Source: Chrysomallon squamiferum
Lineage: Eukaryota > Animalia > Mollusca
DNA length: 64,000 bases
Reading direction: 5' to 3'
Assembly: GCA_012295275.1 (NCBI GenBank)
Contig: CM022665.1
Location: forward strand, 21,700,001-21,764,000
The position numbers and the translations under genes were made by a program. This document shows positions 1 to 13,787 of the stretch, piece after piece (within the stretch, counting starts at the first letter, position 1; each line of letters starts with the position of its first letter). The notes below the pieces were generated by a model that made no database searches, had not been told where the DNA came from, and saw nothing but the letters and a program-made list of their open reading frames with translations.

Positions 1-799
1 TTCGGTAAATGTTGCGGGTTAATATTTACATCGCGATTTTTCAGGATTTTGCATTTTCAATTTTAAAACTGATATCTACGATTCTTTTATCAAATATGGC
101 ACTCGCACCCGAATACACACACCACACTATATATATGCGTATTCTGCGTCCATATTATTTTAATATACTTTTTTTTAGATTCACATTGATTAGCACTAAA
201 TAAATACATACAAATATTTTGTTAATAAAGAATTCATAGGTTTTAATGACATTTTATTATTGTTATAATTAATTTCTTAAATAGAATTAATAAATATATA
301 AATAAATGTTCATATTTTCTTAATTTTCTGTCGTTTATACTAAAATAAAACAAAAACAAAAAATTAAATATTTAATGAAATAAAAATAATTAAATTTACA
401 TAAGAAGGAAGGAAAGAAAAAAAAAAGAATAGTTTTAAAATAATTTAAATCATTTTACTGTGTCATATACTTTCAAAACAATTTTGGCAGATGTTACTCC
501 TCACCAAATATAATCTTTTTAAAATTATTTCATAATGAATTATTAATTTAAATAAATATAATTTTTGTATATCTAAAACACAGCAACTAGGATTCACCTG
601 GTGAGGGATGACATCCCCACCTACGTGTGAGGATTACGGAAACTGCTACCTGAAAATAGTGGGGGATTGTCCGGTGTCGGCCCGGGACGTGGAATGGAAT
701 GGAATGGAAAAAAATTAACGTGCTAATCAGAGCAAGCTGTTGTGAAGCACGTCTGCGACAGGCACGCTTTCTGACAGGTCAGCGGGCGTGTCCGTCGCA

Positions 800-2272
800 C
801 CGGGACGTAGAAAATCCTGTTTTATGTAGTACTAGTTTGCCGACATACGAATGTTCCGCGAAGTAGAAAGAACTAATTGGTTTGTATCTCCTGCGTTGCA
901 GAGTGAGCCATGTTTTCTTTACCAACGAAATTACTATTCGGGGTAGCAGCTGAGCAGACGCTTGTGTGTGTGTCTTCTTTTCTTTTATTGTAATTTGTTC
1001 TTTTTCTCCTCAGTTTTGTTTTATTTCGCTCGTATTCGTCTCTGCTATTTTAAAGGATTATTGTCTTCGGTTGTATTTTTATATGTGTAGGTTAAATCTA
1101 TACAAACGTTTTACATCGAATTGGGAAACTTGGCAGCTGAACAGGTTCGAGTGATTTATATTGACACAATACGAGGCAGCAGGGATCTGTATTATAACGA
1201 CCATAAACGTCGCGTAAATAAAAATAAATGAGAAATGTGTTAACTCGCAGTACAGAACCTACGTCGTGACTGTGGGCAACATGGATGAAAAGGTAACATT
1301 ACTGACGGACTGGATAGAAGGGCCACGGACTCCAGAAATGTGGAACCACTTTGGCACTGACAGTCACCGGACAAATAACCACTTGGAAGGATGGCACCAT
1401 AAAATCAATCAAATCGCCCAGAAGAGTCCTCTGAACATATCTGAGGTGGTAGGTCTATTGAAACGTGAGAAGTCTACAGTGGAAGTCAAACTACAGCAGT
1501 TAGATGGTCACTGGCGAGCTCCGGCACGAAAACGAAAATACCGAGCTGTCGATGCCAGAATCCGGTCTCTGAAAGACGAGTAGATCAGCCACAACAACCC
1601 TGACACTGAGTACACTGACCACGTCGGCGAGATTTTGCATTTTAACAGAAAGCTACAAGAATCAACGGAAATATTATTTAAAATATATCACCTTTATTTG
1701 CTTTCCTTCTTCATTTTTTTTAATCATTTCTTTATTTCTTTACTATTTTGTTTGTTTATTTATTTATTTATTCTGTGTTTTGTTGTTTTCTCATATATAT
1801 ACTTCTCTTTGAATATTTAATTTCTTGTATAGCTTGTAATAGTTATAATCGCCGTTATTGTCATACTGTCATTATTGTACGTTTTGCGTTCAAAATGAAT
1901 TATGGAAACAATTAATGTATTGCTGAAGTTTGAATAAAAAATGTTTTGCTAATTTTAAATTGAATAGTTTGTTGTATTAACATATACAAATTAACAGACA
2001 GACAGACGATGTACGGACAGACAGATTTACACAAGAGCCGTTAAAACTTAGGTATTGTTGTATATCGTTTTACAATTTTGTTTTATTTTATTTATTTATA
2101 ATACCAACAACCTAACACTGAAACGATTGATTAGTGCTAACAACTGCACTGTGGTACAGAATAAATTTGTTGTTATCTGTTGACTGCACACACTGTCAAC
2201 CAGGTAACGAGTACCGGGACGTAGATAGAAGATCCTAATTAGTACACATCAACAAGTTTACCTACGTGCCGG
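800..2272 (+). mobile_element. Degenerate Mutator-like (MULE) DNA transposon remnant with C-terminal transposase fragment (1266-1583)
   Basis: ORF 1266-1583 has WNHF...RTNNHLEGWHHKIN, the RTNN-x2-E-x-WH motif around the catalytic Glu of MULE transposases. Imperfect inverted repeats at ~801-840 (ccgggacgtagaaaatcctgttttatgtagtactagtt) and ~2232-2272 (rc ccggcacgtaggtaaacttgttgatgtgtactaatt). Boundaries are approximate and no TSD was seen. Confidence 0.6.
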
Positions 2273-2417
2273 GCCATAACCGATTGTTCACCGTGGGTAC
2301 AGAATCAAAGAATGTTTGCATGGATGGGTGGGTGTGTATCTGTATACGTAAGGGAATGAACTGCGTTATTTCCAGAATTAATGATAACATATTAAAATGC
2401 GGGGGGGAATATAATAT

Positions 2418-2452
<35 letters not shown>

Positions 2453-2545
2453 ATTTTATAAAAGTATTTACAAATTATATACACAAGTTAGATAGATAGA
2501 TAGATAGATACATAGATAATTTGATTATTCATCATCTCTTTACAG

Positions 2546-2819
2546 CAGGCATGGGCAACCTTTTTCGAGAAGCGGGACACATGAGACATGGCGCATCCTC
2601 AGCCGGGTTGCAGGTACAAATTTAGGCGATTTTGTATTTTTACGTAGAGTTTATTGTAAGAAATTTTTCATTTTCATTTACTTCACAAACTGTTTATAAA
2701 AAAAAAAAATTGCATGTGTTTTAGTATATTAGTAGATACAAAATACACTCATTTTATAAAATTTGAATTAACGTTATTTTCCTTGTGAAATTAGGCGGGC
2801 CGCAGTTTGCCCATTACTG
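2546..2819. mobile_element. hAT-family MITE (274 bp)
   Basis: Ends CAGGCATGGGCAAC ... GTTTGCCCATTACTG form imperfect TIRs with CAG...CTG termini. Flanked by a near-perfect 8-bp TSD, ctttacag (2538-2545) / ctttatag (2820-2827), as expected for hAT. Confidence 0.8.
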
Positions 2820-2951
2820 CTTTATAGTATTTATTTAGAACCTCCGAGATAAACCGTGAAACCTCGAGATTTGAATTCGTAATCAGGAAACATTTGCCTG
2901 CGTCAGGATTTACCCAGGTGAACGTTTAATTCGAGGTTGACATATATCAGT

Positions 2952-4207
2952 ATGGCAGATCAGAAAGAACATGAAACCAGTGAAGATAATACATTCCTGT
3001 CGTCAGAATGTGCTATAAAGAAAGTTACTGTCTATTCAGATCGAGCCGAAGTGTGTCGAATCGTTGAAGCAAACGTGAAAAAGGGCGTGAATGAAATTGT
3101 TGTGAAACAGTTGCCAAAGTGCATCGATCCAGATTCGATCAGGTAAAATAACAGTAAACTTGTTACAAGGTCATCTACAATAAATTTTGCACAGTGTGGT
3201 GAGAGGGGAGCAATAAGTATAGATTTTCTCGTGCGTACACAGAATATTTGAATCTAATTTTAAACAGCAAGGTGTCTACTATGTGCGATTCAACAATAGG
3301 TTCGTCTGCTATTTTGTCCAAAACATCTACTTGCTTCAAACTTTTATTCCAATTTTCGGTCATTTTTCACTGGTATAAACAATTAACGATTTGTCGAAGT
3401 TACGGGGGGTGTTGTTCCCCGTCCCCGCTATGCTGTATTTATAAACTAAGCATATTATTTTCTGCAAACTTGATCAAATAATTAAACAGGGCCTGTAAGT
3501 TGAGTTCAGCGCAACAATTGTGAGGCTACTGCCCCTACTGGTGTTCGGTCTACTGTTTATACTTTCAACAAAATAACTATATATAATTACACTTATAAAA
3601 TTATTTTGTATTCCTTTAATAAATAAATAAGAGATAATCCACATTATGTTTCATATATTTGGTCCTTTTTTTTTTTTAAATTATTTGTTTTTTTTATTCA
3701 TTTATTTATTTATTTTATTTTATTTTGTTTTATTTTATTTTAATTTATTTATTTTTATTTTATTTTTAATTATTATTATTATTATTTATTTATTTTTTCC
3801 TTTATTTTACTGCTGATAGTTGAAGGAACAACAGTTATTTCTAAAGTGTTATTATGTTGGGCAAATGATGACCATTGTTTACATATCAGCAGTAATAAAG
3901 TATATATTTGTGATTTTTCTTTACTTCCACAGAGTTGAGGGTAAAGGTCTGGCAACCCTTGTTGAAGTTTCCTTTCAAAGGAAATTTCTGCCTAAAAATG
4001 AAGCAGAGATTTCACAAAAGGAAAAAGAATATACTGCTGAACTGGAAAGTCTGGAGAAGCAGAAGGCTGAACTTACAGCCAAACTTAATGTTGTTGACAA
4101 ACAGAGGGACATACTTCATAGATTTGCTCAGAGTATCTCCAGTGAGCAGAATTCAGGGGTTAGTTCATTTTAAGCATAATTGTCTAGAAACTTAAGTTTT
4201 AATGGTA

Positions 4208-4242
<35 letters not shown>

Positions 4243-4264
4243 GCATTTTACTTTATTATTATTA

Positions 4265-4305
<41 letters not shown>

Positions 4306-4455
4306 GGCCTATTGTTGTTGTTGTTGTTGTTGTTTAAATATATTTTTATTTATCATGTTGGTAGGAACTGAATAGATTCAGTAGCATTCCAAACTTTATC
4401 GGTAGTACTCAGCTAACCTTTATTTATTTATCTCTGTCTGTCTGTCTGTCTGTCA

Positions 4456-4489
<34 letters not shown>

Positions 4490-6374
4490 TTATCTATTTA
4501 AATTTTTTTTTTTTTTATTATACAAATGGAAAATATTTTTATTTCACTTTATATATTTTGTTTATTTATTATTTATTTAAATTTAATTACTTATTTAATC
4601 ATTTACTTATTTTCTTCCTTACTTACTTACTTCCTTACTTATTTAATATTACAGAAAAATGCACCTCCAACTTTGGACTCAAAACTTTTCAAAGGAATCA
4701 GTGATTTTGTTCAGTTAGTTGGTAGCCAAGGAAATGATCTGGAGAGCAGGTACTTGGACATTCAGGGGCAGATAACTGCTGTGGTGGATAAGATAGAAGC
4801 AGTGAAAAAAAACTTGCAGTCTCTGAAAAGTACTGGTAAAGGTCCACAAGATTCTAGGTACTTATTTAAATTTATATTGATAGTATTAACTAAATTTATA
4901 GTTGAACAAATTACATATTGTGGAAGATTTTGTGAGAATTCACTACTATTGCTATTAGCATTATCATTCATGTTCTGTATTAACATTATTGTTCATGTGC
5001 TGTATTGTTATTAACATTATCATTCATGTTCTGTGTGCTGTATTGCTATTAGCATTATCATTCATGTTCATTCATGATCTTTATTGTTATTAACATTATC
5101 ATTCATGTTCTGTATTAACATTATTGTTCATGTGCTGTATTGTTATTAACATTATCATTTATGTTCTGTATATTACTTGTGATCTATATTTTTAACATTA
5201 TTTTATTATTGTTAGCATTATTGTTCATGTTCATTGTTGTTATTAAAGTTATCATTCCATGTTCTAAGCTGTATTAACATTGTTAATGTTCTGTATTGTT
5301 ATTATAGAAGATTACAGCATATCTATTGTTGTTATTCAGGGAGTGCACTATTGTTCTGGAATGTGAGGAAAAAGCTAAAATCATTCTTGTCATATCTTAT
5401 GTGGTTACATGTGCATCATGGATTCCAAGCTACGATATCCGAATGTTTACCACTGAGGGAATAATGAAGGTAAATAAATAAACAAAATACAATAGTACCT
5501 AATATCATTTTGTTAAGATTTAAACTGTAGATCTATGTAACTAAGTTTTCAGATCAGTACAAAGTTATCTTAACTTCCTTTTCTTTTCTTACACACTTAA
5601 ACACTGATTATCAATATCATTATTAACAATATCATTCATGTTCTGTATTGTTATTAACAATATCATTCATGTTAAGTATTGTTATTAACAGTATCATTCG
5701 TGTTCTGTATTGTTAAGAACATCATTCATGTTAAGTATTGTTATTAACAACATCATTCATTTTAGATATCTTTATTAACAATATCATTAGCATTAAGTAT
5801 TTTCATTAACATTATCATTCATATTCTGTATTCTTATTAACAATATCATTCATGCTAAGTATTCTTACTAACAATATCATTCATTTTAAGTATTCTTATT
5901 AACAATATCATTCATGTTAAGTATTCTTATTAACAACATCATTCACATTAAGTGTTATTATTAACAACATCATTCATGTTAGATATTGTTATTAACAATG
6001 TCATTCATCTTCTCTATTGTTATTAACAATATCATTTGTGTTCTGTGTTGTTATTAAACACTTTTTTTTTTCTTTATAAATTTCAGATTTTCTATTTTGG
6101 ACAAATCAGGCAGTCAACAGGAGAAGACTGGAATGATGCTAAGCTCTTTCTGTCAACGGCTGCTCCAAACATAGGGGGTGTGGTGCCAGAGTTATCTGTC
6201 CAGACAGTGTCCTTCAAGTATAGGACACTACTAAGGTTTGTAGTCAGTCAAAAAAAGAAAAAATGACCATAAATGTCTGAATTTCCAGAAATACATCAGT
6301 GTTCCTTTGTCCATCTAGTAGTGATATTTGAAAATCACCACCTAATGTTTTATTTTATTTATTTTTATTTATTA

Positions 6375-6405
<31 letters not shown>

Positions 6406-9400
6406 ATATTTATTTTTTTTATTATTATTTAAGATAAAGCAGAAGTCAGAGAGGCCTTGCATGAATTAAAATATTAAAAACATTAATTCACAAACTTTGA
6501 CTTTTGAGGGATTTTTTCCTTTTTTTTTTGTTGTTTCTTTCATTTTATTTCAAAATTTTAAAAATTATCATTTTTATTCTCTTGTCCCTGTAGTTGCTTT
6601 ATTTCTATTTTTAAAATCTATTTTATAAGTATTTTGATTTGCTGCAGTAAATCCTTATAATCCCAGCATGCATAGCTATTAAATATTTAATTTTCTTTAA
6701 ATGTAATATTCAACACTAAAATTGTTTCCAAGCCATTGTTGTATTACATTATCAAACAAATTTGTGTTTCTGAATAATCAGAAATTTGTGAGTAGATGTA
6801 GTTTATATACGGGTCATTCCATGTCAAATCACCCAATGGTTTAAACCCGACCGTCTCAGATTTTTATGAAACTTGGTATACTTGTTGACTGGGATCCCAC
6901 AGCACCAAATCTGAAATTTTAGCTCAATCAGACCAGTGGTGTGGGAGATACGGCCCACCGAATTTTGATATTTTTGCCAAAAATGGGTATGACCACCAAC
7001 CTTAGAACCCTCATATCTCAGGAACTACTGGGCCAATCTTCATAAAATTGGTATTGTTAGAAAGGCAAAATGACAAGGATACCAAATCTGCGAAATAGTT
7101 TCGAAAATATTGGAGTACCTTGACCTTTTGACCTTTGCTATGACCTTGAAATTGACCGTGTGGATCACATGATCTTGAGATGACCTTTATTGGAATTTAA
7201 TCTCCCACATGTTAACTAAAATATATAAAAGTTTCCTGGGTGTAATATTTTTTGTTTAGGCACAATATAGATTTAAAAAATGCACATACATGAAAATAAC
7301 ACCTTTTCAGCCATTAACATCTGATTAACTAAAACCTGAAGACCTTTATTGAAATTTAATCTCCCACATGTTAACTAAAATATATAAAAGTTTCCTGGGT
7401 GTAATATTTTTTGTTTAGCCACAATATAGATTTAAAAAATGCACATACATGAAAATAACACCTTTTCAGCCATTAACATCTGATTAACTAAAACCTGAAT
7501 GATCAATTCTGAATGCTAGGAATCACCATCTCTCTTCATCATCAAGTAAGACATTGTAGGCCTACATGTATGCATAAAGTTCACATATAAAAGTTTCCTG
7601 GGTATAATATTTTTTGTTTAGCCATAATAGAGATTTAAATAAATGCAAACCTGCATGGATGATTGATACAATGCATTACAATGTACATTTTCTCTGAGAC
7701 TAAAAACTCATCTTTGGAGTTAAAACCCACCTGACATGTCTGAAGGAATGCCTGAAGGATATGAAAAGATGCCAAATGGCATGACATGTTCTACACAATC
7801 AGGCTGAAAGGGTTAACAGGAAATGATGCTTCAGGCAGGTCAGGAACTCCTTTAGATTCCCTGGTGCAATCCCCATTGAGCACATGGCAATTAGAAGTTT
7901 AAGACAAAGAAGTTTCTTCATCTGCATTTCTTTGACAATCTGAAGCTTTTTAAGTTGGACACAGTGTCAGATGTTGATATATAAACAATATTTTTATTTC
8001 ATAAAACCTATTAAGTAATTTTATCATGTCATGTGGGCCTTGCCATTGGTTTTGAACAAGGTTTCAGTCAACAACATTACAACCCAGTCTGAAATCAGAC
8101 GTCATCAAGTGATGTACTGCATAATGTATTTGTACACCCAGTCTTCGGCACAGAGTATGAACAAGGTCTACTTCACCTTAATAAACTGTGATTTATACTT
8201 CAGAAGATTGACATAAATGCCCAAGACTTGTGAGCCTTTGGCAATAACACATGTACTCTGCTGCCATTTTTTGACCTGCTTAACTTTACTGAAAGGGTTT
8301 CAGGATTTGATTTAATATTTAGGAAAGCACTGACTTTGTTCTATTGAATTGAAGGTGCAGGCCAATACTGAAAATCCTTATTTCTTCCAGGGCTAACTGC
8401 AGCTTTAACTCCTGAAAATGTGTGTTATCAACACCATCATATCAAAAAGGAGTTGTTGCGAAGTGTATGGAAAGCTGAGGAAGTCGAACTCCTCACTCTT
8501 TGAAGTGGATAAAAACACGGGACATCAAGAGTATCATGAACAAGAACTTTTCATCAAATTTTCAACTTTGCAGAAAAACTGTTGTGATCCCCTTAATCGC
8601 CACCCTGAGCAAGCACGCACTAGATCTTTAAGAATTGTTAGCATGGGCACTTACAAATGCTTAGTAAATCCTCCAAAGACACTAGTGCCAGGAGACAAGT
8701 TGTGATGTGACTGTCTGATTACCCTTCAGAAATCAAAGTTCCTGCAGAAGATGGCTTTAGTATGGGTGGTATTACAATGGAAGAATTTGGTGATAACTTG
8801 CCAGACAAACCGCTGGTTGTTGTTTCCCCAGAAAAGGAGTTTGATTTGAATTCTATTCTGTCGAGTTTAGGTGAAACTCCTGTCAAACTTCATTCTCTAG
8901 CACATTCCAGTAAATGAATGAAAGGACAGAAAAAAACTAGCATCAGCTACAGTAACATTAAAATGACATCTTAATGTCTGAATCCTACCCAGAGCATGTG
9001 CAAATCTTGATTTTGTCACCCTTTACCATTGAAAGGACAATGAATTGAAGGAGGAAATAATCCAATTTTATGAAAGTGATGAGAACAGTAGAATGTGTCT
9101 GGCAATGAAGGATACAGTGAGCATTTGAAACAAACATAGTGAGAAGGTTAAGCATCAGAAACACCTAGTTCTCTCAAATTTATGTGAACTTTATCCATAC
9201 ATGTAGGCCTACAATGTTTTACTTGATGATCAAGAAAGAAGGTGATCCCTAGCATCCAGAATTGATCATTCAGGTTTTAGTTAATCAGATGTTAATGGCT
9301 GAAAAGGTGTTACTTTCATGTATGTGCATTTTTTAAATCTATATTGTGGCTAAACAAAAAATATTACACCCAGGAAACTTTTATATGTTTTAGTTAACAT

Positions 9401-12400
9401 GTGGGAGATTAAATTTCAATAAAGGTCATCTCAAGATCATGTGATCCACACAGTCAATTTCAAGGTCATAGCAAAGGTCAAACGGTCAAGGTACTCCAAT
9501 ATTTTCGAAACTAAACAAAAATGGCAGATTTGGTATCCTTGTCATTTTGCCTTTCTAACAATACCAATTTTATGAAGATTGGCCCAGTAGTTCCTGAGAT
9601 ATGAGGGTTCTAAGGTTGGTGGTCACACCCATTTTTGGCAAAAATCTCAAAATTCGGTGTGCCATATCTACCACACCACTGGTCTGATTGGGCTAACATT
9701 TCAGATTTGGTGCTGTGAGATCACAGTCAACAAGTATACCAAGTTTTATAAAAATCTGAGACGGTCGGGTTTAAATTTCTTCTTTTTTTGGGTGATTTGA
9801 CACGGAATGACCCATACGTATATATAACTGATACTGTATATGTTTGTCTTTTTTTTTACTTCTGTTTTTAAAATCATTGAACTCACCCAGTGACAAAGAA
9901 TAAAAAGAATGAAGCACGAAACAAAGTAATTTATACTTTCTTTGTTTTTGTTTTTGTTTTTTATTTTTTAAAGAAAGGATAAAAAAGAAAAATGTCCATT
10001 AAATGTAGAAGAAATCAAAGTAGACTCATTTTCTTTCAATCCATAATTTTTTTCTACAATGAACTTGTACAATGATGATAATAATAATAATAATAATTAA
10101 TTATTATTATTGTTATTATTATTATAAAACTGCAATAGCACTATTCAACTGATTATTACTTTTCAGATCTCATTTTCATCGAATTTTGCAGAGTTCTCCA
10201 TTTATCTGCAGATTTCAACCTAATAATGGTTTAAAAATTGTCCACCCATTCTTTATTTCTGCTATAATGAACTACTCCATTTTTCCACATTTTAGACAGA
10301 GTAGCATGTTGACACTACCTACAGAATACCTTGTTATTGGCTGATTCCATCACATAAGTTATTTACCCTGCACAAAAATTGTGTATGTTTCTCATAATTG
10401 CACAGTCTGATGATTTCTTGAAGTTTTATGAAACAATGTCAGCTATTTATAAATTTCCAGGTAGGACAGCAGATCCAAAGGCAGTAGAATGTTGAGTAAA
10501 GAAGTTTATTTCATTGGTGTTGGCTTGGGTAAGAGGACAGTTTGGGTGAATTTTTTTCAGTCACTGGGTTTGTAAAATTGATGAACCAGGTGGTACAATG
10601 AATTAAACAGTGAGGACAGAAGGGAAAAAAACTAAAAATACTTTGGTTTTGTCTAGTTGTGCTACAGTACCTGATATTGTGTATGTTGCTAAGGTAAAAC
10701 TGTAGGATGAATTTTTCTAAAATTATCCACCATTTTTTTTCAAGAAGCACTCTCATCACTGACTCGACTTTCAAAACAAAGTTCAAAAAACAAATGGTCA
10801 TTGATATTTATTTAAAAAACAAAACAATTGTGAAGAGAATATTTTGATGAATTTATTATATCAGTGTACTGTGTTTTCTCTGTGCAGAAGGAAGAAAAAT
10901 AGAGGTTTTTCACTTGACTACATGCCCAGAGTATCAAGTGATGCACATGTTGAAGCAAGCTTAGCGTCATGTGGTTTTGTTCATGATGTCATGATGAATT
11001 CGTCTGGGATATCTGAAGAATTTGTTCCTGAAATGGAAGTTGCTACATCTGAGGTATTTTTACACTTCAGTTTTACATTTAAAACTTTCTGTTAAAAGAA
11101 TTTATTTCCAGACATTTTCAATGTGTTCTTTTAAACAAAAACAAAACAAAATATATATATATATTTGAATTAAAACAAGCAGACCTTTTATATCATAAAT
11201 GAAATAATTTTTGTTTTCAAACACTGAAATATAGTTTAATATTATTTCTTTATCAGTCTTTTGTTTTGGTATGATGAATTCTGGTTATTTATTTTAAAAA
11301 AATTCAGTTTCTATTTTCTACTGATGAATAATATGTTGTTGTTGTTGTTTTTTTGTTTTTTTCACATTACTATATATTTAAGACATCCAAACATAACCTA
11401 AATATAAGTGGTTGGTTGTTTTCTTGTTTTTAAAGTATAGATTTACTGCTTCTAAGAAACAGCTAAATATATTTGTGATGCTTTAAAGCAAGCAAGTCAT
11501 TATACTTCCCATGCGTTACTAGTACATAAGATTAATAATTTATTTTAAAAACAATTTCTGACAATGCAGAGCTAGATGTCTGACATATAAAATATATTTA
11601 ATAGAAAGTAAACTGAGCAAATCATTATATTTCTCACATGTCACAAGTATATAAAATTAATAGCTGATTTTAAAAACTGATTTTGCATGATAAATATATT
11701 TTAAGCATATTTTCTAGGGAATGCAAACTTGAAATAAATAATCATATTTTTCAGAGATCACAAGCACATATGATTGTTAATTTATCATAAAAATTAGGTC
11801 TTACATTGTTTAACAGTCTGTATTTTATAAGAAATACATATTTTGGATATTTTCAAGACAACATAAATTTTTAGTAAATCGTTATATTTCTCATACGTCA
11901 CAGTTACACAAAATTAAAATAACTGATTTCTAAAAAAATTGTTTTGATGTTCACAGGTGAGCAAAACGACAACATGTACAACATATGAAATAGCTTGTGT
12001 TTCTACCATCCCCTGTGATAACATAGACCACAAGGTTTCAGTGGGTATCTTTGATGTGAAGCCAGTCCTTGAGTACATCACTGTGCCATCTGCAGCACAG
12101 CATGCTTTTCTTCAGGCTCGTGTGACCAATACATCACAGTTCTCTCTTCTTCCTGGAACCACTAACATTTTCCTCGATAACAGTTTTGTGGCAAAGGTAT
12201 TTCTTGTGACTGTCCTGTCAAGCAATTTCAGGATGATTTTAATTAAATATATTTTATAAATATATTTCAAACTGTCCTCTGGAAAATGATTGAGTTTATT
12301 GACACCTGCTAAGTGTTTAACAGACTTTTATATAAATTGACATTCATCTTAAATATGTAGCTTATTTCTAAGAATTATTTTTCAGTAAATTCTACAACTT

Positions 12401-13664
12401 TATAAAATAATTAAAAAAAAGCTAAATAGCTAAATTTATGTGTTTTCCATGACAAGTAAAAGTTATATGATCCATGTCAATACATGTGAGACATTTTAAC
12501 TATATTATTCTTTGTCTCTATTTATATGTGAAATAAAATATAAACAATATAAATATGTCTTAATCACAGGCAACAATAAAGGCAGTGTCCCCAGGCGAAG
12601 AGTTTGAATGTTCATTAGGGGTGGACCCTGGAGTAAGGGTGACCTACAAACCCTTGTACAAGTTCCGTGAGTCATCAGGGATTTTTGCTAAGATGCTTTG
12701 TCAAAATTTCCAGCAGGTTACAGAGCTGAAAAACACTCATGATTATCCAATAAAAATAGAACTCAGGGACCGGCTTCCTCGTAGTGGTGATGATAAAATA
12801 AAGGTGAGACCAGGTTAATGTAAAGATGACAATAATGGTTTAAAAAAATAATAATAATAGTAATAATAGTAATAATAGTATCAATAGTAATAATAATAAT
12901 AATTATTATAAATTTAAAAAAACAATATGATGATTGAAATTAAATATTTAATGGGCAGTAACAAAAGTAATGATAGAATGATGAGAGAATTGTTATGTAA
13001 CCAACAAATAAAATGACTAAAAGTAAGTAACTAATGACTAGTGTGAAAGTAATGACAGAATAAGGAGAAAATTGATATAGTAATGAAAGCAAAAATTATG
13101 AAAATGATTTTGAATGAATCCTTTTTTTCTTTTTTTTTTTTTTTATTGCATGGATATGTATATTTGTTTAATTATTATTATTATTATCCTTTTCTTTTTC
13201 TCCTACTTTTTAAAAATTAGAATAAAGTGAGGCTAGCATCATAATATAAAGTATTTGGTATGGTAAAAAATATGTATATATTATAGCACCCTTTTAAAAT
13301 AGCATTTTATTTCACATTTGTATAAATATTTTATTTTAATTTTGTTTTTTTTGTGTGTGTGTGTGTGTGTAAATATTTTAAATCTTTCTAATCTTTTTTT
13401 TTGTTCATTTTTTTTAATGATTATTATTATTATTTTTATTTTTATATATATATATATTCAGTTATTTGTTAATCTGTATTTTAGATAAATCTGCTGGAAC
13501 CAGCTATTGATATGAAACATTCTGAAAAAAACAATAAAAATGTTTACCTTAATAAGGATAATCATGTTATCTGGAAGTTGGAACTGGACAAACAGGAGAA
13601 GAGGGAGATAACTCTGAAGTACACAGTGGCACATCCTTTTAATGAGGAAATCACCTTTGACTAA
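2952..13664 (+). CDS. DUF4140/DUF4139 domain protein (C. elegans F37C4.5-like / MuiA family), 9 coding exons, intact
   Basis: Exons 2952-3142, 3933-4158, 4655-4857, 5340-5469, 6087-6235, 10888-11053, 11957-12196, 12570-12803, 13485-13664 (TAA). All introns are GT-AG with compatible phases. Motifs: IKKVTVYSDRAEVCR and DPDSIRVEG (DUF4140), a coiled coil, then SYVVTCASWIPSYDIR, GQIRQSTGEDWNDAKLFLSTAAP, LLPGTTNIFLDNSFVAK and SPGEEFECSLGVDP (DUF4139). Confidence 0.92.
4945..5330. repeat. Intronic ~31-bp AT-rich minisatellite (tattgttattaacattatcattcatgttctg)
   Basis: Directly visible degenerate tandem copies in intron 3 of the DUF4139 gene. Confidence 0.75.
5606..6057. repeat. Intronic ~31-bp minisatellite (tattgttattaacaatatcattcatgttaag), same family as 4945-5330
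   Basis: About 14 tandem copies visible in intron 4. Confidence 0.85.
6811..9813 (+). mobile_element. Non-autonomous long-TIR DNA transposon, Sola2-like, with decayed transposase remnant
   Basis: Termini GGGTCATTCC...GGAATGACCC and a perfect 4-bp TSD ATAC (6807-6810 / 9814-9817). TIRs are ~600 bp (6811-~7570 and ~9195-9813). Broken internal coding remnant reads CCDPLNRH...LVPGDKL (8418-8705) and IIQFYESDENSRMC...KHQKHLVLSNLCELY (~9050-9195). A 4-bp TSD, GRG termini and long TIRs fit Sola2. Confidence 0.8.
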
Positions 13665-13743
13665 TAACATGTAATTTTTAAAAAACATTTCTGTTTTGAT
13701 TTACATCATTAATCTTGAATATTTGTAAATTCTCTTGTTTTTT

Positions 13744-13787
<44 letters not shown>

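Noticed and set aside
689-712. (GGAAT)n as telomeric or centromeric satellite
   Set aside because: Only about four copies; a simple microsatellite or retroposon tail.
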